From contig JAPSKV010000013.1 in NCBI GenBank assembly GCA_031181385.1, forward strand, positions 11,321 to 75,320: a DNA stretch of 64,000 nt, given 5' to 3'. Below, piece by piece: positions 51,759-61,886 of this stretch (position 1 is the stretch's first letter; the number at the start of each line of letters is the position of its first letter). Below the pieces are notes generated by a model. That model saw nothing but the letters and a program-made list of their open reading frames with translations, made no database searches and was not told where the DNA came from. The position numbers and the translations under genes are program-made. Source of the DNA: Fredinandcohnia onubensis. Its GTDB lineage: Bacteria > Bacillota > Bacilli > Bacillales > Bacillaceae_L.

Positions 51759-51816
51759 GGAACTAGGAACCAAGGGGACGGTTCTATTGGTCCCCAATGG
51801 GAAAACCCGGGGACCA
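51759..51816 (+). repeat. REP-like element R2 with extra hairpin
   Basis: GGAACCAA-GGGGACGGTTCTA-TTGGTCCC; second IR TGGTCCCC/GGGGACCA. Confidence 0.75.
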
Positions 51817-51832
51817 GTTTGTTCTAAATAGG

Positions 51833-51868
51833 AATCCCGATTTGCTTAGACGCAGATCGGGATTTTTT
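51833..51868 (+). terminator. Terminator hairpin copy 3
   Basis: AATCCCGATTTGC-6nt-GCAGATCGGGATT plus T-run. Confidence 0.85.
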
Positions 51869-52059
51869 AAATGAAATATAAGAATTTATCAGTCAACAAT
51901 AGTCACTTTGATATTTGCTACATTTTTTTCTAATTAACTATGATACTATAAATTTGATAAGTCTCTCCATACCACCTTCCTCTACTCTGTTTTATTAAAC
52001 CTCCCTTTTTAGTTTCAAATTCCATATATTTTTAAAAAAACGAATATGAGGTGATGTTT

Positions 52060-52547
52060 ATGCCCTAGGGCTGCAAGAAGAAAAAGTAGTACGAGTGTCT
52101 ATCATGTCATTTTAAGGGGGATTAATCGTCAAATAGTACCAAAATCCATTAAAAGCCGGAATTGTTGGGAATGTTTCAAATTACAAATGGAGTAGTTATA
52201 GTGAATATGTAGGAGATTCTAAATCTAAAATTATAGAAAAAGATTTTATTTTGGGCTTGTTCAATACGGATACGGATAAAACGTTAGCTTTGATCCATTT
52301 TAAAAAATTTCATATGGAAGAGTCTAAAGAAGGATACCTTGATATCCAAGAAACAAAGAGAATTACTGACAAACAAGCAATTGAAATCATCAAAAATATC
52401 TGCAAAGTAAACCACTGTTTAGACTTCCAAAAGATAAATCCTGACGAACGGGATACACACATCAAAACCTTAAAATCCATTGGACTATCAACTAGGCAAA
52501 TAGCAAGACTTACCGGAATAAGCCGTAAAGTAATATTAAAAGCATAG
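52060..52547 (+). pseudogene. REP-associated tyrosine transposase (RAYT, Y1 HUH) remnant
   Basis: GAGGTGA RBS, ATG, +1 C frameshift, then RAARRKSSTSVYHVILRGINRQIV joined to QNPLKAGIV..YKWSSYSEY..GLSTRQIARLTGISR; HUH region missing. Confidence 0.85.
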
Positions 52548-52648
52548 AGACCAAGGGAGGACCGAGGGGACGGTTCTCTTGGTCCCGATAGAAAGATTAT
52601 TCTAAGGAAAAGCAGCCAGGAACCACTAGAACCGTCCCTATGGTTCCC
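52546..52648. repeat. Inverted pair of REP-like elements (REPIN-like)
   Basis: GGACCGAG-GGGACGGTTCT-CTTGGTCC at about 52559-52585 and the reverse-complement copy GGAACCACTAGAACCGTCCCTATGGTTCCC at 52619-52648. Confidence 0.8.
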
Positions 52649-52688
52649 TTTGTTCCTCTAAGACTCGAGGCTTATTTTTATAAAATCT

Positions 52689-52715
52689 TGAAACCAATCA
52701 TGTCTCGTTATCGTA
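52689..52715 (+). promoter_or_regulatory. ECF (sigmaW-like) promoter of the yvl operon
   Basis: TGAAAC-N17-CGTA; B. subtilis yvlABCD is sigmaW-dependent. Confidence 0.6.
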
Positions 52716-52742
52716 TATAGAGGTATAAAGGGGAGATGAAGA

Positions 52743-53057
52743 GTGAATACCGATAAATTAATTGCAGCGTTGTGTTACTTCAGTGTTTTCTTCGCAGGGT
52801 TTATTTTACCACTCGTTGTTTATATCATCGTTCAAAATCCAATAGTAAAAAGGCATGCCTTGCATGCATTAATCTCACATATAATTCCAGTAGCGACAAT
52901 CGTTTTTATCATCATTCCGTTTTTCTTTATATGGTCTGTGGAGGCATTTGTAGCAACAATGCTACTAGTGTTCATCCTATTAGCGATCATTAACGTCGGA
53001 ATTGTGATTTGGAACATTGTAAAAGGAATTCAAGTATTAGCTCAAGAAGAACTTTAA
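52743..53057 (+). CDS. yvlA: YvlA-like membrane protein
   Basis: AALCYFSVFFA..ALISHIIP..IWNIVKGI; synteny. Confidence 0.75.
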   Translation: MNTDKLIAALCYFSVFFAGFILPLVVYIIVQNPIVKRHALHALISHIIPVATIVFIIIPFFFIWSVEAFVATMLLVFILLAIINVGIVIWNIVKGIQVLAQEEL

Positions 53058-53071
53058 GGGAGGAAGGAACC

Positions 53072-54178
53072 ATGAAAGAAGAACAAAAACGCATTTTAAA
53101 ACTAGTTGAGGAAGGAAAACTGACAGCCGAGGAAGCAATCGTTCTAATTGAAAAGCTCCATTCTGGGGAGGAGAGTCAGTCCCAAGATCCAGCACAGGAA
53201 ATCAAGACAGAGCTTTCGACTCAAGTCCAGTATGAGCAATCCCAGCAGCAGCAACAAAATTCGTATGAAAGCAAGGGTTCTGCGAAACATAAATTTATGG
53301 ATTTTATCGACACTGCTCTGAAAAAAATTAAAGACCTTGATCTCGACTTTAATTTCGGTAATGCAGTAGAAGTGAAACATATTTTCCAGCATAAGGACGT
53401 ATATATTACCAAGCTTGACCTCGATGTTTCAAATGGAAGCATTACGATTATTCCATGGGAAGAGAAGGATGTCCGCGTTGAATGTGAAGCAAAAGTATAT
53501 AATATTGATAACCAAGAACGTGCACGTAAAGCATTTTTAGAGGATGTTCTTTTCTCGATTGAAAATGGTGCACTTCGCCTATCAATCCAGAAAAAGCAAA
53601 TGAAAGTTCATGCAAAAATATATGTTCCTCAGGAAAATTATGAGAGTATAAAGACACGCATGTTTAATGGACCGATAACTGGGGAAAATTTACGAGTAAA
53701 GGATTTCCGTGCAAAAACTGCAAATGGTGCAATCACCATTTCGAATCTTGATACAGAATCGGTTGAAATAGAAACAGCAAATGGTCACATTAAAGCAAAT
53801 CAAATCACAAGTAAGGATTTTGAAGCAGAAACATTAAATGGTACAGTAACTACAACTGGACGTTTTGAAAAAGTTGACCTACAAAGCTTTAACGGTAACA
53901 TTACCTGCGATATTCAGGGCGATAGCTGCCACACTGCTTATGTAAAAACAACCACTGGCAGCATTGATATGTTTATCGCAAACGACTATCAAGTTGACGG
54001 AGAATTAAAATCAAATCTCGGTAGCTTCAAGTCAGAGCTTCCAATGATGTCGATCATTGAGGAGAAAAATGAAGTTGTTCAGAAGTCTCTACGTTTTAAA
54101 GCAAATGAAGAGAAAGCGCAAAAGCTACATCTTTTTGCTGAAACGAAAACAGGCTCTATTAACATCAAACCACTTTGA
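53072..54178 (+). CDS. yvlB: YvlB-like protein (SHOCT plus DUF4097 beta-repeat)
   Basis: EEQKRILKLVEEGKLTAEEA; repeated KTANG/ETANG/ETLNG/KTTTG motifs. Confidence 0.85.
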   Translation: MKEEQKRILKLVEEGKLTAEEAIVLIEKLHSGEESQSQDPAQEIKTELSTQVQYEQSQQQQQNSYESKGSAKHKFMDFIDTALKKIKDLDLDFNFGNAVEVKHIFQHKDVYITKLDLDVSNGSITIIPWEEKDVRVECEAKVYNIDNQERARKAFLEDVLFSIENGALRLSIQKKQMKVHAKIYVPQENYESIKTRMFNGPITGENLRVKDFRAKTANGAITISNLDTESVEIETANGHIKANQITSKDFEAETLNGTVTTTGRFEKVDLQSFNGNITCDIQGDSCHTAYVKTTTGSIDMFIANDYQVDGELKSNLGSFKSELPMMSIIEEKNEVVQKSLRFKANEEKAQKLHLFAETKTGSINIKPL

Positions 54179-54188
54179 GGTGTTTACT

Positions 54189-54389
54189 ATGAAAAAGAAA
54201 TTATACCGCTCCACCCGAAATAGAATGCTAGGAGGGGTGCTTGGAGGCCTAGCAGATTACACGGGAATCGATGCATCGCTTTTACGTATTCTTGCGGTGG
54301 TCGGGTTTATCATAGGTGTGGGTTCTTTAGGACTCATTTATCTCATTTGGTTGTTTATTGTACCGAATGAAGGAGATGTCTATAGATAA
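54189..54389 (+). CDS. yvlC: PspC-domain protein
   Basis: KKLYRSTRNRMLGGVLGGLADY; YLIWLFIVP. Confidence 0.88.
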   Translation: MKKKLYRSTRNRMLGGVLGGLADYTGIDASLLRILAVVGFIIGVGSLGLIYLIWLFIVPNEGDVYR

Positions 54390-54754
54390 TGAGGTGGATT
54401 GCTAGCATAATTGTTAATAGCATCGTACTAATGGTTGTGGCGGGCTATGTAGATACCTTTCATCTCGAGGGGGTAGGCGCAGCTGTCACAGCAAGCGTAA
54501 TCCTATCGATTCTAAATGTAATCGTAAAACCGATTCTCATTGTTTTAACCTTACCTGTTACGGTTCTCTCATTAGGTCTATTTTTGTTTGTGATCAATGC
54601 ACTCACTTTAATGCTGACACAGTCCCTAATGGGTGACTCCTTTGTCATCGAAGGATTCGGTACAGCATTACTAGCAGCAGTCATTATCTCGATTCTAAAT
54701 TTACTCATTCAAAAAGTAATCGTCGAACCGCTTCAGGAGAAAAAGAAGAAATAA
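54389..54754 (+). CDS. yvlD: YvlD-like (holin family 4/DUF360) membrane protein
   Basis: LNVIVKPIL..LPVTVLSLGLFLFVINA. Confidence 0.88.
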   Translation: MRWIASIIVNSIVLMVVAGYVDTFHLEGVGAAVTASVILSILNVIVKPILIVLTLPVTVLSLGLFLFVINALTLMLTQSLMGDSFVIEGFGTALLAAVIISILNLLIQKVIVEPLQEKKKK

Positions 54755-54836
54755 AACTTTACTAGCAGCGTAGTCCAGGGAGGATTACGCTGTTTTTTAT
54801 TGAAAATATAGTCAAAGTAGGGAAAGGAGTACAAGC

Positions 54837-55361
54837 ATGTTTCCAATACTAGAAACCGAACGACTAAGATTAAGAGAAATCGTCCATAGTGATGCCCAAG
54901 CAATATTCAACTGTTTCTCAAACAATGATGTCACGCGTTATTATGGTCAGGATCCTCTAACCGAAGTAGAACAGACAGAGCAGTTTGTTGAGTTCTTTGC
55001 AAAAAACTATAAAGAAAAGCGTGGAATAAGATGGGGGATCGAATTAATAGAAACCGAAGAACTCATTGGAACCATAGGATTTAATGCCTGGTCTCCCAAA
55101 CATAAGCGAGCAGAAATCGGCTATGAGTTACAGCCCCAATACTGGCGAAAAGGCTACGCAACAGAGGCTGTTAAAATAGTAATCTCTTACGGTTTTGACG
55201 ATCTAGGCTTGACCCGCATTGGTGCCGTTGTGTTTCTTGAAAACGCAGCATCAAATGAATTGTTAATTAAGCTTGGATTCGAAAAAGAAGGTATCTTAAG
55301 GAATTATATGTACCAAAACGGTGTTGCGCATGATACAAATGTTTATTCACTAGTAAAATAA
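54837..55361 (+). CDS. RimJ/RimL-type GNAT acetyltransferase
   Basis: LETERLRLRE; AEIGYEL..YWRKGYATEA; NAASNELLIKLGF. Confidence 0.92.
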   Translation: MFPILETERLRLREIVHSDAQAIFNCFSNNDVTRYYGQDPLTEVEQTEQFVEFFAKNYKEKRGIRWGIELIETEELIGTIGFNAWSPKHKRAEIGYELQPQYWRKGYATEAVKIVISYGFDDLGLTRIGAVVFLENAASNELLIKLGFEKEGILRNYMYQNGVAHDTNVYSLVK

Positions 55362-55390
55362 AAATACTCAAACACATTCCATTCTTGGGA

Positions 55391-55473
55391 TGTCTCTGAG
55401 GTCATCTCTCGCGGACAAAACAAAAGAGTTGAATAAACGAATTGTCTCTGAGGCCGTCTCTCTGACACAAAAC
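55391..55473. repeat. Two-copy degenerate direct repeat, 52-bp period
   Basis: TGTCTCTGAGGYCRTCTCTC..ACAAAAC at 55391 and 55443. Confidence 0.6.
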
Positions 55474-55702
55474 AGAAGCTAATTCTCCCAATCCACCTTT
55501 CAAAAACATATGTCCCCAACATTCTTCTGCAATTTAAATCAGAAAAGTTTTGGCCTTACACAGAAAAATGCTAAAATAGGAGAATGAGTTTGAAAAATAT
55601 AATTTTAAAAAATACAGTCTGTTTAAGCACGAAATGAGAGGGCTTTAAAAATACGCAGCAACAATTGAAAACTACATGAGTCACAATCAAGGAGGAACAG
55701 AT

Positions 55703-56638
55703 GTGCCAAAAGTTAGCACAAAAGATTTAATTGAGAAATTCAAATTAGAAATAGTGAGTGGGGAAGAAGGTGTTAATCGCCCGATAACAACAAGTGATAT
55801 ATCTAGACCAGGTATTGAACTAGCGGGATTTTTTGATTACTATCCTTCAGAGCGAGTCCAGCTATTAGGAAAAACCGAACTGACGTTCTTTGAGAAATTG
55901 TCTACCGAAGAAAAAAGATATCGTATGGAAAAGCTTTGTACAGATATCACTCCTGCAATTATTATTTCGCGTGATTTAGAGGTTCCGACAGAACTGATTG
56001 AGGCTTCCGAGCGTGAATCTGTTCCGGTGATCAAAGCACCTATGAAGACAACGAGACTATCAAGTAGGATTACAAACTTTTTAGAAAGTAAGCTCGCGCC
56101 AACAACAGCTGTCCATGGTGTTCTAGTGGATATATACGGAGTTGGGGTGCTAATCATTGGTAAGAGTGGTGTTGGTAAAAGTGAAACAGCGCTTGAACTT
56201 GTCAAACGCGGACACCGTCTCGTTGCAGATGATTGTGTAGAAATTCGTCAAGAGGATGATGATACACTTATTGGAAGCGCACCTGAGCTTATCGAGCATC
56301 TCCTTGAAATTCGCGGTCTTGGGATCATCAATGTCATGACCTTATTCGGAGCAGGTGCAATTCGAAATTATAAACGGATTACGCTTGTGGTCAATCTAGA
56401 ACTTTGGGATCAGACAAAGCAATATGACCGACTAGGTCTTGAAGAAGAAAAAATGAAAATCATCGATACTGAATTAACAAAATACACAATTCCAGTTCGT
56501 CCTGGGCGAAACTTGGCCGTTATCATTGAAGTGGCGGCAATGAATTACCGTCTTAAACGTATGGGCTTAAACGCTGCAGAAGATTTCTCAAATCGTCTTT
56601 CACATACAATTGAATTTAGGGAGCACGACGACATATAA
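55703..56638 (+). CDS. hprK: HPr kinase/phosphorylase
   Basis: [25 protein letters not shown]; PVRPGRNLA. Confidence 0.98.
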   Translation: MPKVSTKDLIEKFKLEIVSGEEGVNRPITTSDISRPGIELAGFFDYYPSERVQLLGKTELTFFEKLSTEEKRYRMEKLCTDITPAIIISRDLEVPTELIEASERESVPVIKAPMKTTRLSSRITNFLESKLAPTTAVHGVLVDIYGVGVLIIGKSGVGKSETALELVKRGHRLVADDCVEIRQEDDDTLIGSAPELIEHLLEIRGLGIINVMTLFGAGAIRNYKRITLVVNLELWDQTKQYDRLGLEEEKMKIIDTELTKYTIPVRPGRNLAVIIEVAAMNYRLKRMGLNAAEDFSNRLSHTIEFREHDDI

Positions 56639-56667
56639 AAATATCAATAAAATAGGGAGTTGAGATA

Positions 56668-57483
56668 GTGGACCGAAACATTCAACCATTAGACCCAACA
56701 TTTTTAGAATTTGGCGCGTTACGCATTCAGTGGTATGGATTAATCATCGGGCTAGGAACCATGCTAGCCCTTTACCTTGCCATTAAGGAATCAGAACGCA
56801 GAGGCTTGCACAAGGATACTTTCATGGACCTCATGCTGTTCGCGGTACCGATTGCTATCATCTGTGCAAGAATTTATTACGTTATTTTCAAATGGGATTA
56901 TTACTCACAAAATCCTTCCAAAATTATTGCAATTTGGGAGGGTGGAATTGCCATTCATGGTGCGTTAATCGGTTCAGTTGTGACTGCGATTGTGTTTGCG
57001 AGAGTAAAAGGCTTGTCCTTTTGGAAAATTGCAGACATCGCGGCACCAAGCATTATCTTAGGTCAAGCAATTGGCCGTTGGGGAAATTTTATGAACCAAG
57101 AAGCACATGGAGGACCAATTGCAGAGAATCAGATTCAGACCTTCTATAATGTACTACCTGACTTTATCATGGACCAAATGTATATCCAAGGTACGTACTA
57201 TCATCCGACCTTTTTGTATGAATCGGTTTGGAGTTTGGTAGGCTTTGTTTTATTACTAATGCTTCGAAAGGTCAACCTAAGACGTGGGGAAATGTTCCTT
57301 ACTTATGTTATCTGGTATTCAATTGGCCGCTTATTCGTAGAAGGCTTACGTACAGATAGCTTAATGCTTGGGGATATTCGAGTGGCTCAGTTAATTTCAG
57401 TTTTATCTATTGTGGGAGCAATCATCGTACTTATTTATCGAAGAATAAAAGGTCATTCAAACGAGCGTTATATAGAGAAATAA
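56668..57483 (+). CDS. lgt: Prolipoprotein diacylglyceryl transferase
   Basis: [36 protein letters not shown]. Confidence 0.98.
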   Translation: MDRNIQPLDPTFLEFGALRIQWYGLIIGLGTMLALYLAIKESERRGLHKDTFMDLMLFAVPIAIICARIYYVIFKWDYYSQNPSKIIAIWEGGIAIHGALIGSVVTAIVFARVKGLSFWKIADIAAPSIILGQAIGRWGNFMNQEAHGGPIAENQIQTFYNVLPDFIMDQMYIQGTYYHPTFLYESVWSLVGFVLLLMLRKVNLRRGEMFLTYVIWYSIGRLFVEGLRTDSLMLGDIRVAQLISVLSIVGAIIVLIYRRIKGHSNERYIEK

Positions 57484-57507
57484 CAAAGTAAAAGGGAGAG
57501 GGGAAAC

Positions 57508-58452
57508 TTGCTAGATACAATCAAGAGAGGCTTCATAGTAGGATTAAAAACTACTTGGACATTAGGGAAGGTAATTTTCCCGGTTACCCTACTTGTCACA
57601 ATGCTGCAATATACACCAGTGCTAGATTGGGTGATTAAGTGGATTGCCCCAATCATGGGCTGGTTTGGTCTGTCAGGTGATGCCGCAATACCACTTGTAT
57701 TAGGTAACTTTTTAAACCTTTATGCAGGGATTGGGGCGATCTTAACACTAGATTTGACTGTAAAAGAAGTTTTTATTTTAGCGGTCATGCTATCATTCTC
57801 GCATAATATGATTATCGAATCGACTGTTGCTGCGAAAGTAGGTATGAAGATTTGGGTAATTGTAACAGTTAGACTGGGACTTGCATTCATTTCTGCCTTT
57901 GTAATTAATCTAGTTTGGAAAGGTGGAAGTGAGTTAGCAAAATATGGACTAGTCTCAACGAAAGATGAACAAATTTCAGGCTGGGGTGCTATTGTATTAA
58001 ATGGTATTGAAAAAGCTACATTTGGGATTCTGCAATTGGCTCTTATTGTCATTCCGTTGATGGTTGTTATTCAAATATTAAAGGATTTAAAATGGTTGGA
58101 TGTATTTTCAAAGTGGATGACGCCAGTCACCAAGGCACTTGGAATGAAGGAAAATACATCAACAACCTTGGCAGCAGGTGTTTTGTTCGGTCTAGCGTTA
58201 GGAGCAGGTGTAATGATTCAGGCGGTAAAAGAGGATAATGTAAGTAAGAAAGATGTAACCTTAGCGTTAATTTTCTTAGTATCCTGTCACGCGGTTGTGG
58301 AGGATACACTTATCTTTATCCCTCTAGGCATTCCAGTCTTACCGCTATTGTTAATCCGTCTCATTACTGCAATCATACTAACAATGGTCATCGCTTTTAT
58401 CTGGAAACGCGTCGAGCAAAGTAATAGAAAGGAAGCTGTTTATGGCAATTAA
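57508..58452 (+). CDS. yvoD: YvoD-like nucleoside-recognition (Gate) domain membrane protein
   Basis: Synteny lgt-yvoD-ppaX; [12 protein letters not shown]. Confidence 0.8.
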   Translation: MLDTIKRGFIVGLKTTWTLGKVIFPVTLLVTMLQYTPVLDWVIKWIAPIMGWFGLSGDAAIPLVLGNFLNLYAGIGAILTLDLTVKEVFILAVMLSFSHNMIIESTVAAKVGMKIWVIVTVRLGLAFISAFVINLVWKGGSELAKYGLVSTKDEQISGWGAIVLNGIEKATFGILQLALIVIPLMVVIQILKDLKWLDVFSKWMTPVTKALGMKENTSTTLAAGVLFGLALGAGVMIQAVKEDNVSKKDVTLALIFLVSCHAVVEDTLIFIPLGIPVLPLLLIRLITAIILTMVIAFIWKRVEQSNRKEAVYGN

Positions 58453-59089
58453 AACATTACTATTTGATTTAGATGGAACGTTAATTGATACGAATGAACT
58501 GATCTTGCAATCTTTTTTACACACCTTTGGGAAGTACTTCCCTGAACGCCAATACAGCAGGGAGGATATTTTGCCTTTCAATGGTCCAACTTTACATGAA
58601 TCTTTTTCTTCTGTAGACCCGGACCGTGCAGAAGAAATGATTGCGGAATATCGAAAGTTCAATCATGAAAAGCATGATGAACTAGTAACTGAATTTCCGA
58701 GTGTATTTGACACCATTAAGACGCTGAAAGAAAAAGGCTATAAAATTGGCGTTGTTACAACAAAAGTACGAAAAACGGTTAACATGGGATTACAACTAAC
58801 AAAGCTTGACCAATTCTTTGATGTCGTGGTGACATTGGATGATGTCACAAATCCAAAACCAGATCCAGAACCAGTGCTGTTAGCATTGAAAATGTTAGAC
58901 TCAACACCTGAAGAAGCTATAATGGTTGGTGACAATTATCAGGATATTGTAGCCGGAAAAAATGCGGGCACAAAGACTGCAGGAGTAGCCTGGTCTCATA
59001 AAGGAAAAGACTTCTTATTAGAATACAACCCTGATTTCATGCTTGAAAACATGAGTGACCTATTGGATTTAGTTTCGGTTAAAGGATGA
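58442..59089 (+). CDS. ppaX: HAD-family pyrophosphatase PpaX
   Basis: [21 protein letters not shown]; synteny. Confidence 0.93.
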   Translation: MAIKTLLFDLDGTLIDTNELILQSFLHTFGKYFPERQYSREDILPFNGPTLHESFSSVDPDRAEEMIAEYRKFNHEKHDELVTEFPSVFDTIKTLKEKGYKIGVVTTKVRKTVNMGLQLTKLDQFFDVVVTLDDVTNPKPDPEPVLLALKMLDSTPEEAIMVGDNYQDIVAGKNAGTKTAGVAWSHKGKDFLLEYNPDFMLENMSDLLDLVSVKG

Positions 59090-59096
59090 AAAAACT

Positions 59097-59621
59097 GTGA
59101 AACGACGAACCACACGATATTTTGTTTCAGGTCCTAATTCACTTTGGCAAATCTATAAGACCGTATCCTTTTGGAAGGTTGTTAAAAACTTTATCGTCAT
59201 ACAGTTCGCGCGCTATACGCCATTCCTTGGTGTGAAAAATTGGCTATATCGCACTTTTTTAAATATGCAGGTAGGGGAAAAAACAGCATTTGCACTCATG
59301 GTAGTCCCGGATACAATGTTTCCCGAGAAGATCAGTGTCGGAAGCAACACAGTCATTGGCTTTAATACCACCATTCTAGCCCATGAATATTTGATTAAAG
59401 AATACAGACTGGGTGACGTTAAAATTGGCAGCGAGGTAATGATTGGGGCAAATTCAACGATTTTGCCAGGTGTGGAAATCGGCGATGGAGCAATCGTATC
59501 AGCGGGTACATTGGTCCACAGAGATGTCCCAGCGGGTAGCTTTGTTGGAGGTAACCCGATGCGAGTGATCTACACGAAAGAACAAAGGGAACAACGAGAA
59601 AAAGAGGAATCTAACCATTGA
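59097..59621 (+). CDS. yvoF: Hexapeptide-repeat acyltransferase YvoF-like
   Basis: IGSEVMIGANSTILPGVEIGDGAIV; synteny. Confidence 0.85.
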   Translation: MKRRTTRYFVSGPNSLWQIYKTVSFWKVVKNFIVIQFARYTPFLGVKNWLYRTFLNMQVGEKTAFALMVVPDTMFPEKISVGSNTVIGFNTTILAHEYLIKEYRLGDVKIGSEVMIGANSTILPGVEIGDGAIVSAGTLVHRDVPAGSFVGGNPMRVIYTKEQREQREKEESNH

Positions 59622-59777
59622 TTTGGTTTGGTTCCTTTTTTATTGTCACAACTTACACCTTTTACTCATCTCTTTTAACTTCTCTTTTATGCTATATCAA
59701 CTTCTTTCCTCTTTTAAATTTCCATTTCCAACATCTGTCTCCTTTCTTCCTCTCTTGCTTACAAAATCCCATTCAGC

Positions 59778-59845
59778 TTATCCACGATATTCACACAAAC
59801 CACAACCTTACTAAAATATTATCAACAGTATCCACATAATCCACA
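59778..59845 (+). repeat. Tandem DnaA-box-like 9-mers
   Basis: TTATCCACG, ATATTCACA, CAAACCACA at 59778-59804; TTATCAACA, GTATCCACA, TAATCCACA at 59819-59845. Confidence 0.55.
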
Positions 59846-59925
59846 GTTAATAACTGTATTTCCAATAAAACAGACAAAATCCAAATCCAACCCAATTAAT
59901 TTCACCTAAATTCTGACTTTTTCTG

Positions 59926-59991
59926 TTGACGCATGTAAGGGATAGGTGTATCATATACTTTATCTTGGTAGTATATTAGCGAACTAAAGTA
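59926..59991 (+). promoter_or_regulatory. sigmaA promoter of his operon with palindromic operator candidate
   Basis: TTGACG-N17-TATCAT with TG extension; TACTTTA...TAAAGTA inverted repeat at 59956-59991. Confidence 0.6.
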
Positions 59992-60056
59992 AAATGATTT
60001 TTTTAAGAAAATATTGGGAAAGTTAACATATACAAACTTTGGTGGTGACGAAAATC

Positions 60057-61229
60057 GTGTTTATGTTTGAAAAACCGTTAGGGATGAGAGATACATTGCC
60101 TGCTTTATATGAAGCGAAAAAGAAAATTCGCAATGCAATGTCATCTCAAATTGAAAGCTGGGGTTATCAATTTATTGAAACTCCAACACTTGAATACTAT
60201 GAAACAATCGGCGAGGCGTCAGCGATCCTCGACCGTCAATTATTTAAACTATTGGATTCACAGGGTCACACACTTGTGCTAAGACCTGATATGACAGCTC
60301 CAATTGCTCGAGTCGCAGCATCTCGTTTATATCAAGATGAATATCCACAACGCATCGCATATTCCGCAAATGTGTTCCGTGCGCAGCAGCATGAAGGTGG
60401 AAGACCAGCTGAGTTTGAGCAAATCGGAGTAGAGTATATTGGCGATACAACAACAAGTGCTGATGCTGAGGTTATATCGGTTATGATTGCGTCTCTTAAG
60501 CAAGCAGGATTAACTAATTTTACAGTGCCAATCGGCCATATTGGTTATGTAAGAGCATTGTTTATGGAGATTGTCGGAAATGAAGCAAGAGCGGATGCCT
60601 TACAACGCTATTTATATGAAAAAAATTACGTTGGCTATAGAGAGCATGTGAAAAAACTACCGCTTTCTTCTATTGATAAACAGCGATTGCTATCCCTTTT
60701 ACAATTGAGAGGAAACGAATCGAAAATTAAAAAAGCGAAGGATTTAGTCGAATGTGAAGAAGGAAAAAGGGCAGCAGATGAACTTGAAATGCTCTGGAAA
60801 AAGCTAGAGGCATTCGGAGTAACTGAGCATATAAAAATTGACTTCAATCTCGTCAGCCATATGAGCTACTACACAGGAATTCTTTTCGAAGTATACGCTG
60901 AGAATGTAGGCTTTCTAGTAGGAAATGGTGGACGCTACGATCATTTATTTGAAAAATTTGATCGTCCTGCACCAGCGACAGGCTTTGGTATCCGCATAGA
61001 TCGATTACTTGAAGCACTTGATTTACCTCAGGAAGAGCCAGAAATCCATTGTGTGATTTTTAGCGCTGAACAGAGAGAAGAAGCCATCCGATTTGCGATG
61101 AGTAAACGAGAACATGGTGAAAGGGTTATCCTTCAAGATATAGCTGGAGTCAAGGATGTTGATGCTTGTACGAATGCTTTCGCCAAAAACACCTTTTTCT
61201 TAGGAACGACAAGGAGGGAGGAGGCATAA
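60057..61229 (+). CDS. hisZ: ATP phosphoribosyltransferase regulatory subunit
   Basis: MFMFEKPLGMRD, LRPDMTAPIAR, MSYYTG, GGRYD. Confidence 0.96.
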   Translation: MFMFEKPLGMRDTLPALYEAKKKIRNAMSSQIESWGYQFIETPTLEYYETIGEASAILDRQLFKLLDSQGHTLVLRPDMTAPIARVAASRLYQDEYPQRIAYSANVFRAQQHEGGRPAEFEQIGVEYIGDTTTSADAEVISVMIASLKQAGLTNFTVPIGHIGYVRALFMEIVGNEARADALQRYLYEKNYVGYREHVKKLPLSSIDKQRLLSLLQLRGNESKIKKAKDLVECEEGKRAADELEMLWKKLEAFGVTEHIKIDFNLVSHMSYYTGILFEVYAENVGFLVGNGGRYDHLFEKFDRPAPATGFGIRIDRLLEALDLPQEEPEIHCVIFSAEQREEAIRFAMSKREHGERVILQDIAGVKDVDACTNAFAKNTFFLGTTRREEA

Positions 61230-61859
61230 ATGAGTGACAAATTAACAATTGCGATGCCCAAGGGCCGAATTTTTGAAGAGGCGGCACAGCTTTTAGTAAA
61301 AGCAGGATACAATCTTCCTCCAGAATTCGAGGATTCCAGAAAGTTGATTATCGACGTTCCTGATGAGCCGTTTCGATTCATGCTTGCAAAACCAATGGAT
61401 GTGACTACATATGTAGAGCACGGCGTAGCAGACCTTGGTATTGCCGGAAAAGATGTAATGCTTGAGGAAGAGCGCGATGTATATGAGGTACTCGATCTGC
61501 AAATCAGCAAATGCTATCTAGCTGTTGCTGGACTCCCAGATGTCAAAATCAAAGGTGTTGCACCTAAAATCGCAACAAAATACCCAAACATCGCATCTAG
61601 TTATTTTCGTGAAAATGGGGAGCAGGTTGAAATTATTAAACTAAACGGTTCGATCGAACTTGCACCATTAATTGGTCTTGCAGATCGAATTGTCGATATC
61701 GTCTCAACAGGACGTACATTGAAGGAAAATGGATTAGTTGAACTTGAACATATTGCAGATATCACGTCACGTCTTATTGTAAATCCAGTAAGCTATCGCT
61801 TAAAGGATCAGCAAATCGATGAAATCGTAGAGAGGCTATCAACTGTGGTATCGCAGTAG
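61230..61859 (+). CDS. hisG: ATP phosphoribosyltransferase (short form)
   Basis: [35 protein letters not shown]. Confidence 0.97.
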   Translation: MSDKLTIAMPKGRIFEEAAQLLVKAGYNLPPEFEDSRKLIIDVPDEPFRFMLAKPMDVTTYVEHGVADLGIAGKDVMLEEERDVYEVLDLQISKCYLAVAGLPDVKIKGVAPKIATKYPNIASSYFRENGEQVEIIKLNGSIELAPLIGLADRIVDIVSTGRTLKENGLVELEHIADITSRLIVNPVSYRLKDQQIDEIVERLSTVVSQ

Positions 61860-61886
61860 TATTAAATGAGAAAGGACCGACACACC

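Noticed and set aside
50032-52648. Classical integron
   Set aside because: No tyrosine recombinase and no attC-type RYYYAAC/GTTRRRY core sites recognised
59850-60056. T-box or His leader-peptide attenuator
   Set aside because: No T-box antiterminator motif, no His-codon run, and the leader is too short
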